From positions 1 through 47,709 of the forward strand of contig CAMYZF010000001.1 of assembly GCA_947303755.1 (NCBI GenBank): a stretch of 47,709 nucleotides of DNA. The letters run 5' to 3'. Position 1 is the first letter of the stretch. The number at the start of each line of letters is the position of its first letter. A program made the position numbers and the translations under genes. The notes under the pieces are model-generated. The model saw only the letters and a program-made list of their open reading frames with translations, made no database searches and was not told the origin of the DNA. Shown here piece by piece: positions 17,140 to 26,065 of the stretch. This stretch comes from an uncultured Erysipelotrichaceae bacterium (GTDB lineage Bacteria; Bacillota_I; Bacilli_A; RFN20; CAG-826).

Positions 17140-18678
17140 ATGAAGAAAGTCGCTTCTGGATATCGTTTGATCTTTGGTTACTTAGGTATCTTTTTAGCAA
17201 TGGCTGGTGTGATCATCTTATTGCCGTTATTTTTACTCATCGTTCCAGCATTTAGAGATGACATTATTTATATTCCTCATTTTCTTATTCCAGGCTTATC
17301 AATGCTTGTCGGAGGAATATTACTATATACTTTCCTTCTTTTGGGGCGTGAAAAATCTAAACTCCAAAAACATCAAGATTCAATCCTTCTTGTTCTAGTT
17401 TGGTTGGTGGCAATTGTTGTTTCCGCGATTCCGTTTTTCTTATACGGAAGACTAAATAAGGTTGATGCTGGCTACGAGATAATGAGCTTTACCGAATCGA
17501 TTTTTGAGTCATGTTCTGGCTATGCTTCGGTTGGTTTAACTCGCCTTCCAATTCAACTTTACGATTCACATATTTTTACATTTTACCGCGCAGTTCTCCA
17601 GTTTTTTGGTGGTGTTGGCCTTGTTCTTATCATCACTAGCGCAGTCTCAGATCGTTATGGTTTGAAGCTATATTCTGCCGAAGGACACAACGACAAAATT
17701 ATTCCAAATCTTGCTAAATCAGCACGTATCATTTTATCGATGTATGTTGGTTTTATCGCTCTTGGTACAGTTGCTTTAATTATCGCTGGAGTTAATTGGT
17801 TCGATGCATTGACTCATTCTATTTCATCCATCGCTACTGGAGGTTTCTCTTCTAAAGCCAATGGTATGGCTGGTTATAGCGGCAATCAAATGGCTATTGA
17901 AATCATCACTTGTGTGCTTATGGTTTTAGGCGCGACAAACTTTGTTTTGCACTTCATGCTTTTACTTGGAAGATTCAAAAAAGTTGGCAAAGATATTGAA
18001 ATCAAAACTTTTGGAATAATTATTTTGGTGTTCGTGCCATTAATGTTTATGGCGTTTTTCTTTAGTAGAACAAGTCAATTTTCAGTTAGTAATTTCACTG
18101 TTGGTGAATCATTCAGATATGGAATATTTACATTCCTAAGTTGTATTACTACAACTGGCTATAGTAATGTTCCTGCGACAATGAGCATTCCAAGCGTTGC
18201 TTTCTTGTTGTTAACAATTTGCAATGTTATTGGTGGTGGTATGGGTTCAACTGCTGGTGGTGTTAAGTTCTATCGTCTCGGTATCGCTTGTAAGTCTTAC
18301 TATTGGACGCTAAGAGCAAGACTATCTCCAAGAAGATATATTTATCCAACCTACATTTCTAGATGTGGTGAAACCAAAGAAATCTCAAAAGATGATTCCA
18401 ATGAAGCCTTTGGCTACATTCTTCTTTATGTTTTAGTTATGCTTGTTGGTGCCTATCTAGTTTCTGTTTTAGGCCATTATGATTTTGGATCATCATTATT
18501 CGAATTCTCCACTGCATTATCTGGTACCGGCTTATCAAATGGTATTACAACTACCGCGAACTATGCAGTCTTATGGGTCTTAAATGTCGGAATGTTTGCA
18601 GGCCGTCTAGAAATTCTTGTTGTTTATTACGCTCTCTTTAGAGTAGCGAGAGATATATTAAGAAAGGAAACAATTTAA
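17140..18678 (+). CDS. trkH: TrkH/KtrB family potassium uptake membrane subunit (copy 2, tandem paralog)
   Basis: Colinear with copy 1, with long shared runs such as KLQKHQDSILLVLVW and the near-identical HIFTFYRA(I/V)LQFFGGVGLVL. Confidence 0.9.
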   Translation: MKKVASGYRLIFGYLGIFLAMAGVIILLPLFLLIVPAFRDDIIYIPHFLIPGLSMLVGGILLYTFLLLGREKSKLQKHQDSILLVLVWLVAIVVSAIPFFLYGRLNKVDAGYEIMSFTESIFESCSGYASVGLTRLPIQLYDSHIFTFYRAVLQFFGGVGLVLIITSAVSDRYGLKLYSAEGHNDKIIPNLAKSARIILSMYVGFIALGTVALIIAGVNWFDALTHSISSIATGGFSSKANGMAGYSGNQMAIEIITCVLMVLGATNFVLHFMLLLGRFKKVGKDIEIKTFGIIILVFVPLMFMAFFFSRTSQFSVSNFTVGESFRYGIFTFLSCITTTGYSNVPATMSIPSVAFLLLTICNVIGGGMGSTAGGVKFYRLGIACKSYYWTLRARLSPRRYIYPTYISRCGETKEISKDDSNEAFGYILLYVLVMLVGAYLVSVLGHYDFGSSLFEFSTALSGTGLSNGITTTANYAVLWVLNVGMFAGRLEILVVYYALFRVARDILRKETI

Positions 18679-18680
18679 CT

Positions 18681-19100
18681 ATGTTAATTAATGAACTTGA
18701 AAAAGCTAATATCGAAGCTTTGAAAAACAAAGATAAAACCTCGAGAGCGGTTCTTTCAGTTGTTATCAACAAATATAGAGTCAACGCGATTGAACTAAAG
18801 GCTCAAGGCAAAGAAGCCACTGATACAGATTTAATTCGCGTTATAAACAAAGTTGTCAAAGAATTAGACGAAGAAAAAGTTGGCTATGAAAAGCTTGGAA
18901 GAAGTGAAGATGTTAAAAATATTGAACTTCAAAAAGCAGTTATTGAAAAATATCTTCCTAAACTTATGAGCGAAGATGAAATTCGTAAAGTCATCGCTTC
19001 GTTAGAAGATAAATCGATGCCATCAGTTATGAAACATTTCAAACTGAATTATGATGGCAAAGTTGATATGTCTTTAGTCTCGAAGATTGCTCGAGAATAA
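18681..19100 (+). CDS. yqeY: GatB/YqeY domain protein
   Basis: 139 aa. The pattern L...AL K.KDK......L..V....K....E.......D.....VI.K..K and KYLP are typical of YqeY. Confidence 0.8.
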   Translation: MLINELEKANIEALKNKDKTSRAVLSVVINKYRVNAIELKAQGKEATDTDLIRVINKVVKELDEEKVGYEKLGRSEDVKNIELQKAVIEKYLPKLMSEDEIRKVIASLEDKSMPSVMKHFKLNYDGKVDMSLVSKIARE

Positions 19101-19108
19101 ATTCTAAC

Positions 19109-19137
19109 TTGTTAAGAGACTACTATTTATCTATAAT
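19109..19137 (+). promoter_or_regulatory. Promoter of tRNA-Trp
   Basis: TTGTTA, 17-nt spacer, TATAAT, ending 12 nt before the tRNA. Confidence 0.55.
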
Positions 19138-19149
19138 AGTGGTCGCACT

Positions 19150-19223
19150 AGGGGCGTCGTACAATGGCAGTACAACGGTCTCCAAAACCGCTAATGCGGG
19201 TTCGATTCCTGCCGCCCCTGCCA
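19150..19223 (+). tRNA. tRNA-Trp (anticodon CCA), CCA end encoded
   Basis: Cloverleaf drawn by hand. Acceptor AGGGGCG/CGCCCCT, D arm GTAC/GTAC, anticodon loop CTCCAAA, T arm GCGGG-TTCGATT-CCTGC. Confidence 0.95.
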
Positions 19224-19237
19224 TAATCGTATAAAAT

Positions 19238-19262
19238 GTCTGATACAATTCAGACTTTTTTA
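19238..19262 (+). terminator. Intrinsic terminator
   Basis: GTCTGA-N6-TCAGAC followed by TTTTTTT. Confidence 0.75.
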
Positions 19263-19360
19263 TTAAATAAAAAGGTATTATTAATATTTCGCAAATTTAA
19301 TAATGAAAAAGACCCACTTATGGAATGAGCCATATCATGGATCTTTTATTTAGTGAATTA

Positions 19361-20821
19361 TTAGAAGAATCTACCAATGATATCTTTAGATGCGGCACAG
19401 GTATCTTCCATGTCGCCGAAGGAAATGATTTCACCAGCGTAGAAGGTGTTTTTATTGCCTTGCAAGGCTTCTAATCTATCGTACCAGCCATCTGCATAGT
19501 CTTTAGCAGAAACGTGTGGGCAATAATAAACTTCTTGGGCAAAGTGTTTTTCTTTGATTGGAAAGCCGACTTTTGCCATATCTTCATCCATTGTCTTTTG
19601 AGCAAATTCATAGGTGACATCTTTTGAACCAGTATGATTTGCTAAAGCATAGACAGTGGCAGGGCAGTCACTACCAAGATGTTGCCATCTATTGTAATAG
19701 ACCATCGCGTGACCAAGTCTTTCTGGGACCATGTTTTCAACAAGATAACCAGAGATAACTGGGCTCTTTCCTTCATCAAATGTAGCGATGTAATCGATAT
19801 ATCTTTCATGAATAATCTTGGAGAATAATTCTTTTTCTTCTTCAGTCGCATCAGCGTAATTAATGAAGTAATCAAGAGGTGTGGTGACGATAAGTTTATC
19901 GAAAGTTTCGACTTTGCTCTTGCCATCTTTGCCTTTAATTGTGACGAGAACTTTACCTTCTGGACGTTCAACTTTAACAACCTCAGTTTCAAGTACTGCT
20001 GGATGTTTTAATTTCTTATTAACATGTTCATAGATTTGTTGTGTACCATCTTGCCATGTCCATAAGCCCATGTGGACGAATTCGAGAGCAGTAGTGACGT
20101 CAAGATATTTCATGACGAGAGCTGCTGGAATTTCATCGAAGAATCCGTAGCCAAATGAAGTGAATGGGGCAATCCAAATTCTTTGAACTTCTTCAACTTT
20201 GTTAAGTTTGCAGAACTCTGCAAATGGAAGTGCTAAATCTTTTAGATTTGGGTTAGTGCCCTTAATGTAATTTGGGAATGAATTTTCTTTGGTCGCTCCA
20301 CAATAACCATCGACACCTTTGGAAATACCATAGTATTCGCCTTTAGCAACACCTAAATGTCCATAGCAGTCATAGCCGACATATTTGGTTTGCATTAATT
20401 TGTTGAGTCTCTTCATTTGCTTTTTAAGTTTTAATAAACCGGAAAGCTTTTTGAATGAGAAATTAACTTTTGGTTCGAATGGATGATCAATTTCGCCAGT
20501 GGTTTTGCGGAATTCTCTTCTCATATTAGGTTCGCCTGGTTTAAAATCAGGACCTTTATGATAATAACCACCAAATTCTTCCATCTCGCTTACAGCGTGA
20601 TAAGTAATTGCACCCATAATGGCACCAGTTTCAAAAGACAATTCTTCTTCAACGCCATTATGTTTGACTTTTAATTTTGGTGACCAACATTTACCGCCAA
20701 CTTTATTAAGCTTTTCGTAAATGACATAGTCTGTGTATCCCTTCTTTTCAAGATACATAGCGGCAGATAGACCAGCTGGTCCTCCACCAATGATGCAAAT
20801 TCTTTGCTTTAAATCGCTCAT
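19361..20821 (-). CDS. FAD-dependent amine-oxidase-fold oxidoreductase, possibly polyunsaturated fatty-acid isomerase-like
   Basis: RBS GAAGGAG. Dinucleotide motif ICIIGGGPAGLSAAMYLEKKG...YEK...GGKC. The C-terminal FYAGEI motif is typical of the fold. Confidence 0.7.
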   Translation of the reverse strand: MSDLKQRICIIGGGPAGLSAAMYLEKKGYTDYVIYEKLNKVGGKCWSPKLKVKHNGVEEELSFETGAIMGAITYHAVSEMEEFGGYYHKGPDFKPGEPNMRREFRKTTGEIDHPFEPKVNFSFKKLSGLLKLKKQMKRLNKLMQTKYVGYDCYGHLGVAKGEYYGISKGVDGYCGATKENSFPNYIKGTNPNLKDLALPFAEFCKLNKVEEVQRIWIAPFTSFGYGFFDEIPAALVMKYLDVTTALEFVHMGLWTWQDGTQQIYEHVNKKLKHPAVLETEVVKVERPEGKVLVTIKGKDGKSKVETFDKLIVTTPLDYFINYADATEEEKELFSKIIHERYIDYIATFDEGKSPVISGYLVENMVPERLGHAMVYYNRWQHLGSDCPATVYALANHTGSKDVTYEFAQKTMDEDMAKVGFPIKEKHFAQEVYYCPHVSAKDYADGWYDRLEALQGNKNTFYAGEIISFGDMEDTCAASKDIIGRFF

Positions 20822-20954
20822 ATAAATATGTGCTCCTTCTGAGTAATATGATACCCATGTTTCAATAAAAATTACAGCAAATATATGTTTTATCTTTACA
20901 AGATAGATAAATAATACCCCAGTATTTTCCTAGGAAATATGATATAGTTTAAAT

Positions 20955-21148
20955 ACTCTAGAGAGATTGCTATATCAAAGGGCAAAGCATGAGGTCTTAG
21001 TTAGCTGTGGTAAGATAGGTGCGAATGTCTTTGCTAATACACAACTAACTCAAATTATTTGTGATGATGGAACCGTTCCTGTTAATGCCTAATTGATTTA
21101 ATTAATTTTAATACGAAAAGTGGCTCTAACGGGTCATTTTTCTTTTTA
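20955..21148 (+). ncRNA. Candidate orphan sRNA (~190 nt) in the 490-bp divergent intergenic gap
   Basis: Extended -10 TGATATAGT (20940-20948). 11-bp stem 20999-21009/21040-21050. Terminator 21115-21148, whose G-T pairs only form on the + strand. No ORF longer than 9 codons. Confidence 0.25.
21115..21148 (+). terminator. Intrinsic terminator with no upstream + strand CDS
   Basis: GAAAAGTGGCTC-taac-GGGTCATTTTTC followed by TTTTTAATTTT. Confidence 0.5.
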
Positions 21149-21201
21149 ATTTTCGGAGATTTGCAGAGATTTTTTTGATATTTAGCACGTTTAGATAGAA
21201 G

Positions 21202-21210
21202 TGATATAAT
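21202..21210 (+). promoter_or_regulatory. Extended -10 promoter element of the XRE gene
   Basis: TGATATAAT. Confidence 0.4.
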
Positions 21211-21218
21211 TTTTATGT

Positions 21219-21264
21219 GCAACCAAAAGTTGCGAAAATTCTAACTAGAGTTGGTAGAGCAACT
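21219..21264 (+). promoter_or_regulatory. Two inverted repeats sharing CAAC/GTTG half-sites (candidate operators or leader hairpins)
   Basis: GCAAC-N5-GTTGC (21219-21233) and AGTTG-N6-CAACT (21249-21264). Confidence 0.3.
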
Positions 21265-21314
21265 AAAGACACAAATGCTAAATTATTGTCGTAAAAAACT
21301 TGGAGGTCAAAATT

Positions 21315-22049
21315 ATGACAATCGAAATTGCTGATAGATTAATTAAATTAAGAAAACAATATGGCTACTCACAAGAGGAACTCGCGGATAAGTTAGGATT
21401 ATCTCGACAAGCAGTTTCTAAATGGGAAAGAGCAGAAGCTTCTCCTGACACCGATAACCTCATCTGCTTAGCAAAACTATATGGAATTTCTTTAGATGAA
21501 TTATTATCAACGGATGAAGATTTAGACACTATCGTGCAAGAACAAGTTAAAAAAGATGAAGTTCATATCGAAGGTGATTCTATTAGATTAAGTGATGATG
21601 AAGGCAATCAAGTTATCATTACTGATAAAGAAGTTGTTTGCAAGGACAGCGATGGTAACTGTGTTAAAAGAAAAGATTTTCGTCATCCAGACAAAGTAAT
21701 TAACATTATCAATATTATTGAATGTGTCTTAGGAACTCTTGCTATTGTAGCTTTCATTCTTTTAGGAACTTTACTAGGTGCTTGGTATAACGCCTGGATC
21801 GTCTTTTTTGTGCCAGAAATCGTTTGTTCTATTGCTAGAGCAATACACAAGAAAAATGCCAATCAATTCAACATGGTGTTTACCGCGACAGCAACCTTCT
21901 TCTTTGTTTGTATGGTTTGTCCAGGATTATCTGCTAATTTATGGCATCCAATGTGGCTTGTCTTCTTAGCGATTCCTCTATATCACATGATAGTAAGCAC
22001 GATAAACAAACTTCTAAACAAAAACGAAGAAAAAGAAGAACTCAAATAA
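21315..22049 (+). CDS. Membrane-anchored XRE-family HTH transcriptional regulator
   Basis: ATG at 21315 after GGAGG. HTH YSQEELADKLGLSRQAVSKWERAEASPDTDNL. About 4 C-terminal TM helices. Confidence 0.8.
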   Translation: MTIEIADRLIKLRKQYGYSQEELADKLGLSRQAVSKWERAEASPDTDNLICLAKLYGISLDELLSTDEDLDTIVQEQVKKDEVHIEGDSIRLSDDEGNQVIITDKEVVCKDSDGNCVKRKDFRHPDKVINIINIIECVLGTLAIVAFILLGTLLGAWYNAWIVFFVPEIVCSIARAIHKKNANQFNMVFTATATFFFVCMVCPGLSANLWHPMWLVFLAIPLYHMIVSTINKLLNKNEEKEELK

Positions 22050-22066
22050 TAACTATCCTTTTCAAA

Positions 22067-22090
22067 GATCCACTGACGAGTGGGTCTTTT
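22067..22090 (+). terminator. Intrinsic terminator
   Basis: GATCCACT-gacg-AGTGGGTC followed by TTTT. Confidence 0.6.
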
Positions 22091-22143
22091 AATTTTATTA
22101 AATTAGTGTAATATATACATATATTTATTTTGGAGGAATTAAT

Positions 22144-22938
22144 ATGCCATTATTTGAAGGAATGAAACAATTTGAAAATGTTAGTCCAGCTTTACAATGG
22201 GCCATCTTTATTGTTGGCGCTTTAATTCTTGTTGTCGCGGCTTTTTCAATTGTTATCAGCATTTGGCTTTGGTTCAAATACATTATCTACAATCGCACAA
22301 TGAACAAAGCCGGCATCAACGGTAAAGACGCTGCAAGAAAAATTCTTGATAACAACGGCTTGCAACACATTAAGATTTCAGTTGTTGGCTCAATGCTATT
22401 TGGTAACAGCTATTCACATTATTTCAAAAAGATTAGACTACGTCGTTTAACTGTTAAGAAAAATTCTATTTCATCGCTTGCGATGGGCGCTCAAAAATCA
22501 GCCTTAGCTATTTTAGATAAAGAAGGCGATAAAGATATGAGAACAAGAGTGATCCTCACTCCAATTACCTTCTTTGGTCCATTTGCTTTTGTGCCAATTC
22601 TTGTAATTGGTTTCTTGCTAGATGTTATTTTCTTTCATTTCACTGGCGTTGTTACCATTGTCGCTGCCGCGATTGGTTTATCATTCTTCGTCTTATCATT
22701 TGTCTTATCTTTGATGGTTCTTAAAACTGAAAAGAAAGCTCAAGTTAGAGCATTAGAAATATTAGACAAAGAAGGTTTAGCAACCGCTGATGAAAGAGAA
22801 ATGATGAAATCGTTATTTAGACTATATAACATTCAATACGTTAATGATCTCATCTTAGAATTCTTAGAAATTATTTTGAGAGTGTTGATGATTTTTGCGG
22901 GAGCGCAGAATTCTTCATCTTCATCTTCAAACAATTAA
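22144..22938 (+). CDS. YugP-family (PF04298 putative neutral zinc metallopeptidase) membrane protein lacking the HExxH motif
   Basis: RBS GGAGG. GKDAARKILDNNGLQHIKISVV...KKIRLRRL...SISSLAMGAQKSALAIL aligns by eye with the family consensus ...GAEVAR.IL...GL..V.......L.DHYDP..K.L.LS......S.AAIGVAAHEVGHAIQ, but H, E and H are replaced by Q, K and L. Confidence 0.65.
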   Translation: MPLFEGMKQFENVSPALQWAIFIVGALILVVAAFSIVISIWLWFKYIIYNRTMNKAGINGKDAARKILDNNGLQHIKISVVGSMLFGNSYSHYFKKIRLRRLTVKKNSISSLAMGAQKSALAILDKEGDKDMRTRVILTPITFFGPFAFVPILVIGFLLDVIFFHFTGVVTIVAAAIGLSFFVLSFVLSLMVLKTEKKAQVRALEILDKEGLATADEREMMKSLFRLYNIQYVNDLILEFLEIILRVLMIFAGAQNSSSSSSNN

Positions 22939-22963
22939 TTATCAAAGATAATTACTAATAAGA

Positions 22964-22990
22964 GGAACCTCACTGGTTCCTTTTATTTTT
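22964..22990 (+). terminator. Intrinsic terminator
   Basis: GGAACC-N5-GGTTCC followed by TTTTATTTTT. Confidence 0.75.
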
Positions 22991-23019
22991 AAAAATGTTT
23001 AAACGATTGTCATATTTAT

Positions 23020-23048
23020 TTGAAAAATATGAAACAAATCTGTAAAAT
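23020..23048 (+). promoter_or_regulatory. Promoter of hppA
   Basis: TTGAAA, 17-nt spacer, TAAAAT. Confidence 0.5.
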
Positions 23049-23074
23049 ATACATACCCCGAAGGGAGAAAAAAG

Positions 23075-25228
23075 ATGGAAAAAATTAACATTATAATGTT
23101 GATTTGTGTCTTAGCCATTGCTCTTATCACTATTGGCTATGTTTTTTTGATTTATCACAAAATTCAACGTTTAAAAATCGTTAATAAAAATGTCGAAGAC
23201 AATGCGAAATTCATTCGTAGTGGTGCTATCACGTTTTTAAAGCGCGAATTTAAGATCATCATTCCGTTTGTTCTTATTGTCGCTTGCGTCTTCGTCGCTT
23301 TAGGATTTATACCTGGATTTGAAAAAGCTGAAGGTGTTGGCTGGCAATCCGCGATTTGCTTTATCGTCGGTGCCGCTTTCAGTGCTGGTGCTGGTTTAGT
23401 TGGTATGTTAAGTGCCACTAATGCAAACTCAAGAACCGCTGATGCCGCGAACAATTCTGGACTTGGTCGTGCTTTGCACGTTGCCTTCTCTGGCGGCGCT
23501 GTCTTAGGACTTTGCGTAGTTGGCTTTGGTTTATTAGGTCTTACAGGATTATTCTTTGGCGCTTATGAACTTATTTATTTAACAAATGGCAACAATCAAA
23601 TCGATGCTGTCTTAGAAGCTAGCCACATTATTACTGGTTATGGCTTAGGCTGTTCAATGGTTGCTTTATTTGGCCGTGTTGGTGGTGGTATTTATACCAA
23701 ATGCGCTGACGTCGGTGCTGATATCGTTGGCAAAATCGAAGCCGATATCGATGAAGATGATGCTCGTAACCCAGCCACAATTGCCGATAACGTCGGTGAT
23801 AACGTCGGTGATATTGCTGGTATGTCAAGCGATCTCTGCGAATCCTACGTTGGTTCAATTGTGTCCGCTATTACATTAGCAACCGTTTTCTTACAACAAT
23901 ATAGATTGGATGTCGATATTCGTTTAGTTGTTTTCCCACTTGCTTTAGCAGGTGTTGGAATTCTTGCTTCAATTATTTCTGTTCTCATCATACGTATGAG
24001 AGAATGGAAAGATCCTCAAAAAACTCTTGATATTGCGACATATATTGCGGTTGGACTTGTTATTGTCGCTTCCGTATTCTTATCAATCTTCTATCTTAAA
24101 AATGGCAGCGAGTTTATGTCTGTTGAAGGTAAGGCTGCTCCATGGGCAATCGGTGCGGTTGCTGCTGGATTATTATGTGGCATTGCCGTAGGCAAGATTG
24201 CAGAAATCTATACATCTTCTGATTATAAAACTGTTAAAAATATCGCGAAAGAATCTGAAACCGGTCATGCGACAAACATCATTTCTGGTTTCGCTAGCGG
24301 AATGAAATCAACTGCGGCTACAGTCGTTGCTCTAGCCCTTGGTATCATTATTGCCTATTTCTGCTTTGGTATTTATGGTATCGGTTTAGCAGCCGTTGGT
24401 ATGCTTTCAACAGCCGGTATTACTATCTCTGTTGATGGTTATGGTCCAATCAGCGACAACGCTGGTGGCTTAGCTCAAATGAGCGGTTTACGTCCAGAAG
24501 TTAGAGAAATCACTGACCACCTCGATGCAGTCGGAAACACAACTGCTGCAGTTGGTAAAGGTTTCTGTACTGGATCTGCTACATTTACCGCTTTAGCTTT
24601 AATCCTTTCCTATGGAAAAGTTAGTGGTTTAATTGCTGATGGTGGAGTTAAGATGAGTGTTGATATCACTCCATTTGTCATTGGTATTCTAATTGGCGCG
24701 ATGGTGCCGTTCCTCTTCTCAGCACTTGTTATCAACTCTGTTGGTAAAGCTGCGAATAAGATGGTTCTTGAAATTAGAAGACAATTTAAAGAAGAACCAG
24801 GAATCTTAGAAGGCAAAGTCAAACCTGATTATAATAAATGTATTGATATTGCGACCAAAGCTTCGCTTAGAGAAATGATCGTTCCAGGCGTTATTGCCGT
24901 TGTTACTCCAATCGTTGTTGGTGTCCTTCTTGGAAGAGAAGGCTTAGCTGCTCTTTTAATCGCTGCTTTAGCTTCATCTGTTATGTTAGCAATCTTTATG
25001 GCTAACGCTGGTGGCGCATGGGATAATGCGAAGAAATACATCGAACAAATCGGCAAGAAAGGAACTGAAGCACATCACGCTGCTGTTACAGGTGATACAG
25101 TTGGTGACCCACTTAAAGATACCGCGGGCCCAACAATGGACATTCTCATCAAGATGATGTCTGTTATCGCTCTTATCATGGCACCAGTGCTTGGCGAATT
25201 CTCCGTTTGGAGTTTGATTGTTCATTAA
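23075..25228 (+). CDS. hppA: Membrane-integral cation-translocating pyrophosphatase, K+-dependent subfamily signature
   Basis: 717 aa with about 16 TM helices. Motifs [52 protein letters not shown] and [10 protein letters not shown]. Confidence 0.95.
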   Translation: MEKINIIMLICVLAIALITIGYVFLIYHKIQRLKIVNKNVEDNAKFIRSGAITFLKREFKIIIPFVLIVACVFVALGFIPGFEKAEGVGWQSAICFIVGAAFSAGAGLVGMLSATNANSRTADAANNSGLGRALHVAFSGGAVLGLCVVGFGLLGLTGLFFGAYELIYLTNGNNQIDAVLEASHIITGYGLGCSMVALFGRVGGGIYTKCADVGADIVGKIEADIDEDDARNPATIADNVGDNVGDIAGMSSDLCESYVGSIVSAITLATVFLQQYRLDVDIRLVVFPLALAGVGILASIISVLIIRMREWKDPQKTLDIATYIAVGLVIVASVFLSIFYLKNGSEFMSVEGKAAPWAIGAVAAGLLCGIAVGKIAEIYTSSDYKTVKNIAKESETGHATNIISGFASGMKSTAATVVALALGIIIAYFCFGIYGIGLAAVGMLSTAGITISVDGYGPISDNAGGLAQMSGLRPEVREITDHLDAVGNTTAAVGKGFCTGSATFTALALILSYGKVSGLIADGGVKMSVDITPFVIGILIGAMVPFLFSALVINSVGKAANKMVLEIRRQFKEEPGILEGKVKPDYNKCIDIATKASLREMIVPGVIAVVTPIVVGVLLGREGLAALLIAALASSVMLAIFMANAGGAWDNAKKYIEQIGKKGTEAHHAAVTGDTVGDPLKDTAGPTMDILIKMMSVIALIMAPVLGEFSVWSLIVH

Positions 25229-25247
25229 TTAACATTATTAAAAGAAT

Positions 25248-25280
25248 AACCGCACAAAAGAAAATGTGCGGTTTTCTTTT
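25248..25280 (+). terminator. Intrinsic terminator
   Basis: AACCGCACA-N9-TGTGCGGTT followed by TTCTTTT. Confidence 0.8.
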
Positions 25281-25300
25281 ACTTGTAGTAAAATAAAAAT

Positions 25301-25747
25301 ATGAAAAAAGTATTCATCTATTATTCTTTCACCGGAAGTGGTGATTTAGTCGCGACTCACTTAGAAGAAAAAGGCTATGAACTTAGAAGAATAATTAGGA
25401 AGAGAAAACTTCCTCAATCATTTTTCTTCTCAATCATGGCTGGTGGCTTTTTAGCGAGTATTAAACACAAAGACAAGTTGTTAGGACTAAACACTGATAT
25501 CAAAGAGTTTGATGAAGTGGTCATTGGTTCACCGATTTGGAATGGTAGAATCTGTTCACCAATCAACACCGTTTTATCAAAGATAAACTTCGAAGGAAAG
25601 AAGCTTACATTCCTCTTCTATGCCGGAAGTGGAGAAGGTAAAGCCGCTCTTAAAAGAGTGAATAAAGAATATCCCGATGCAAAGGTTGTATTCTTAAAAG
25701 AACCAAAGAAACATATAGATGAATTAAATAAACTTAAAAATTTCTAG
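25301..25747 (+). CDS. Flavodoxin-like fold protein
   Basis: N-terminus KVFIYYSFTGSGD and GSPIWNG are typical of short flavodoxin-family proteins. Confidence 0.5.
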   Translation: MKKVFIYYSFTGSGDLVATHLEEKGYELRRIIRKRKLPQSFFFSIMAGGFLASIKHKDKLLGLNTDIKEFDEVVIGSPIWNGRICSPINTVLSKINFEGKKLTFLFYAGSGEGKAALKRVNKEYPDAKVVFLKEPKKHIDELNKLKNF

Positions 25748-25758
25748 GAAAATAACTT

Positions 25759-26058
25759 ATGTCACTAAAAGATAAATGGAAATCATTTGGTAAAAATACT
25801 GGTCAAGCATTTAAAAACTTTGGTCAATCAGTCGCGACTACGGCGAAAGTGGTCGTAGGAACTGAAGATCGAGTGGATGAAGAAGGTAATTCAACCTTAA
25901 AGAAAAGCTGGTCCAAGACCGGTAAAGGTTTCGGTACTGCTGGTAAATCATTAGGAAGCGCTGCTAAAGGAACAGTTGAAAAGCCATTCGAAGAAAAACC
26001 AGAAAAGAAAAAAGAAAAAGACGACTCGAAAGTCGTCGATGTTCAAGACGTAGAATAA
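25759..26058 (+). CDS. Hypothetical Lys/Gly-rich small protein
   Basis: 99 aa. Internal GK..G.A.K..G repeats and an acidic/basic C-terminal tail. Confidence 0.5.
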   Translation: MSLKDKWKSFGKNTGQAFKNFGQSVATTAKVVVGTEDRVDEEGNSTLKKSWSKTGKGFGTAGKSLGSAAKGTVEKPFEEKPEKKKEKDDSKVVDVQDVE

Positions 26059-26065
26059 CTAAGTC

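Noticed and set aside
15624-18678. Tandem trkH copies as an assembly duplication, or one copy as a pseudogene.
   Set aside because: The copies are clearly diverged at the nucleotide level. Both frames are intact, and all four selectivity-filter motifs are retained in each.
20999-21095. TPP riboswitch-like fragment (GGAACCGTTCCTGTTAATGCC versus GAACCTGATCTGGATAATGCC), and a possible 6S RNA based on length.
   Set aside because: There is no CTGAGA or GGGGTGC block for TPP. The 5' and 3' ends of the putative transcript do not pair into the long closing helix expected of 6S RNA.
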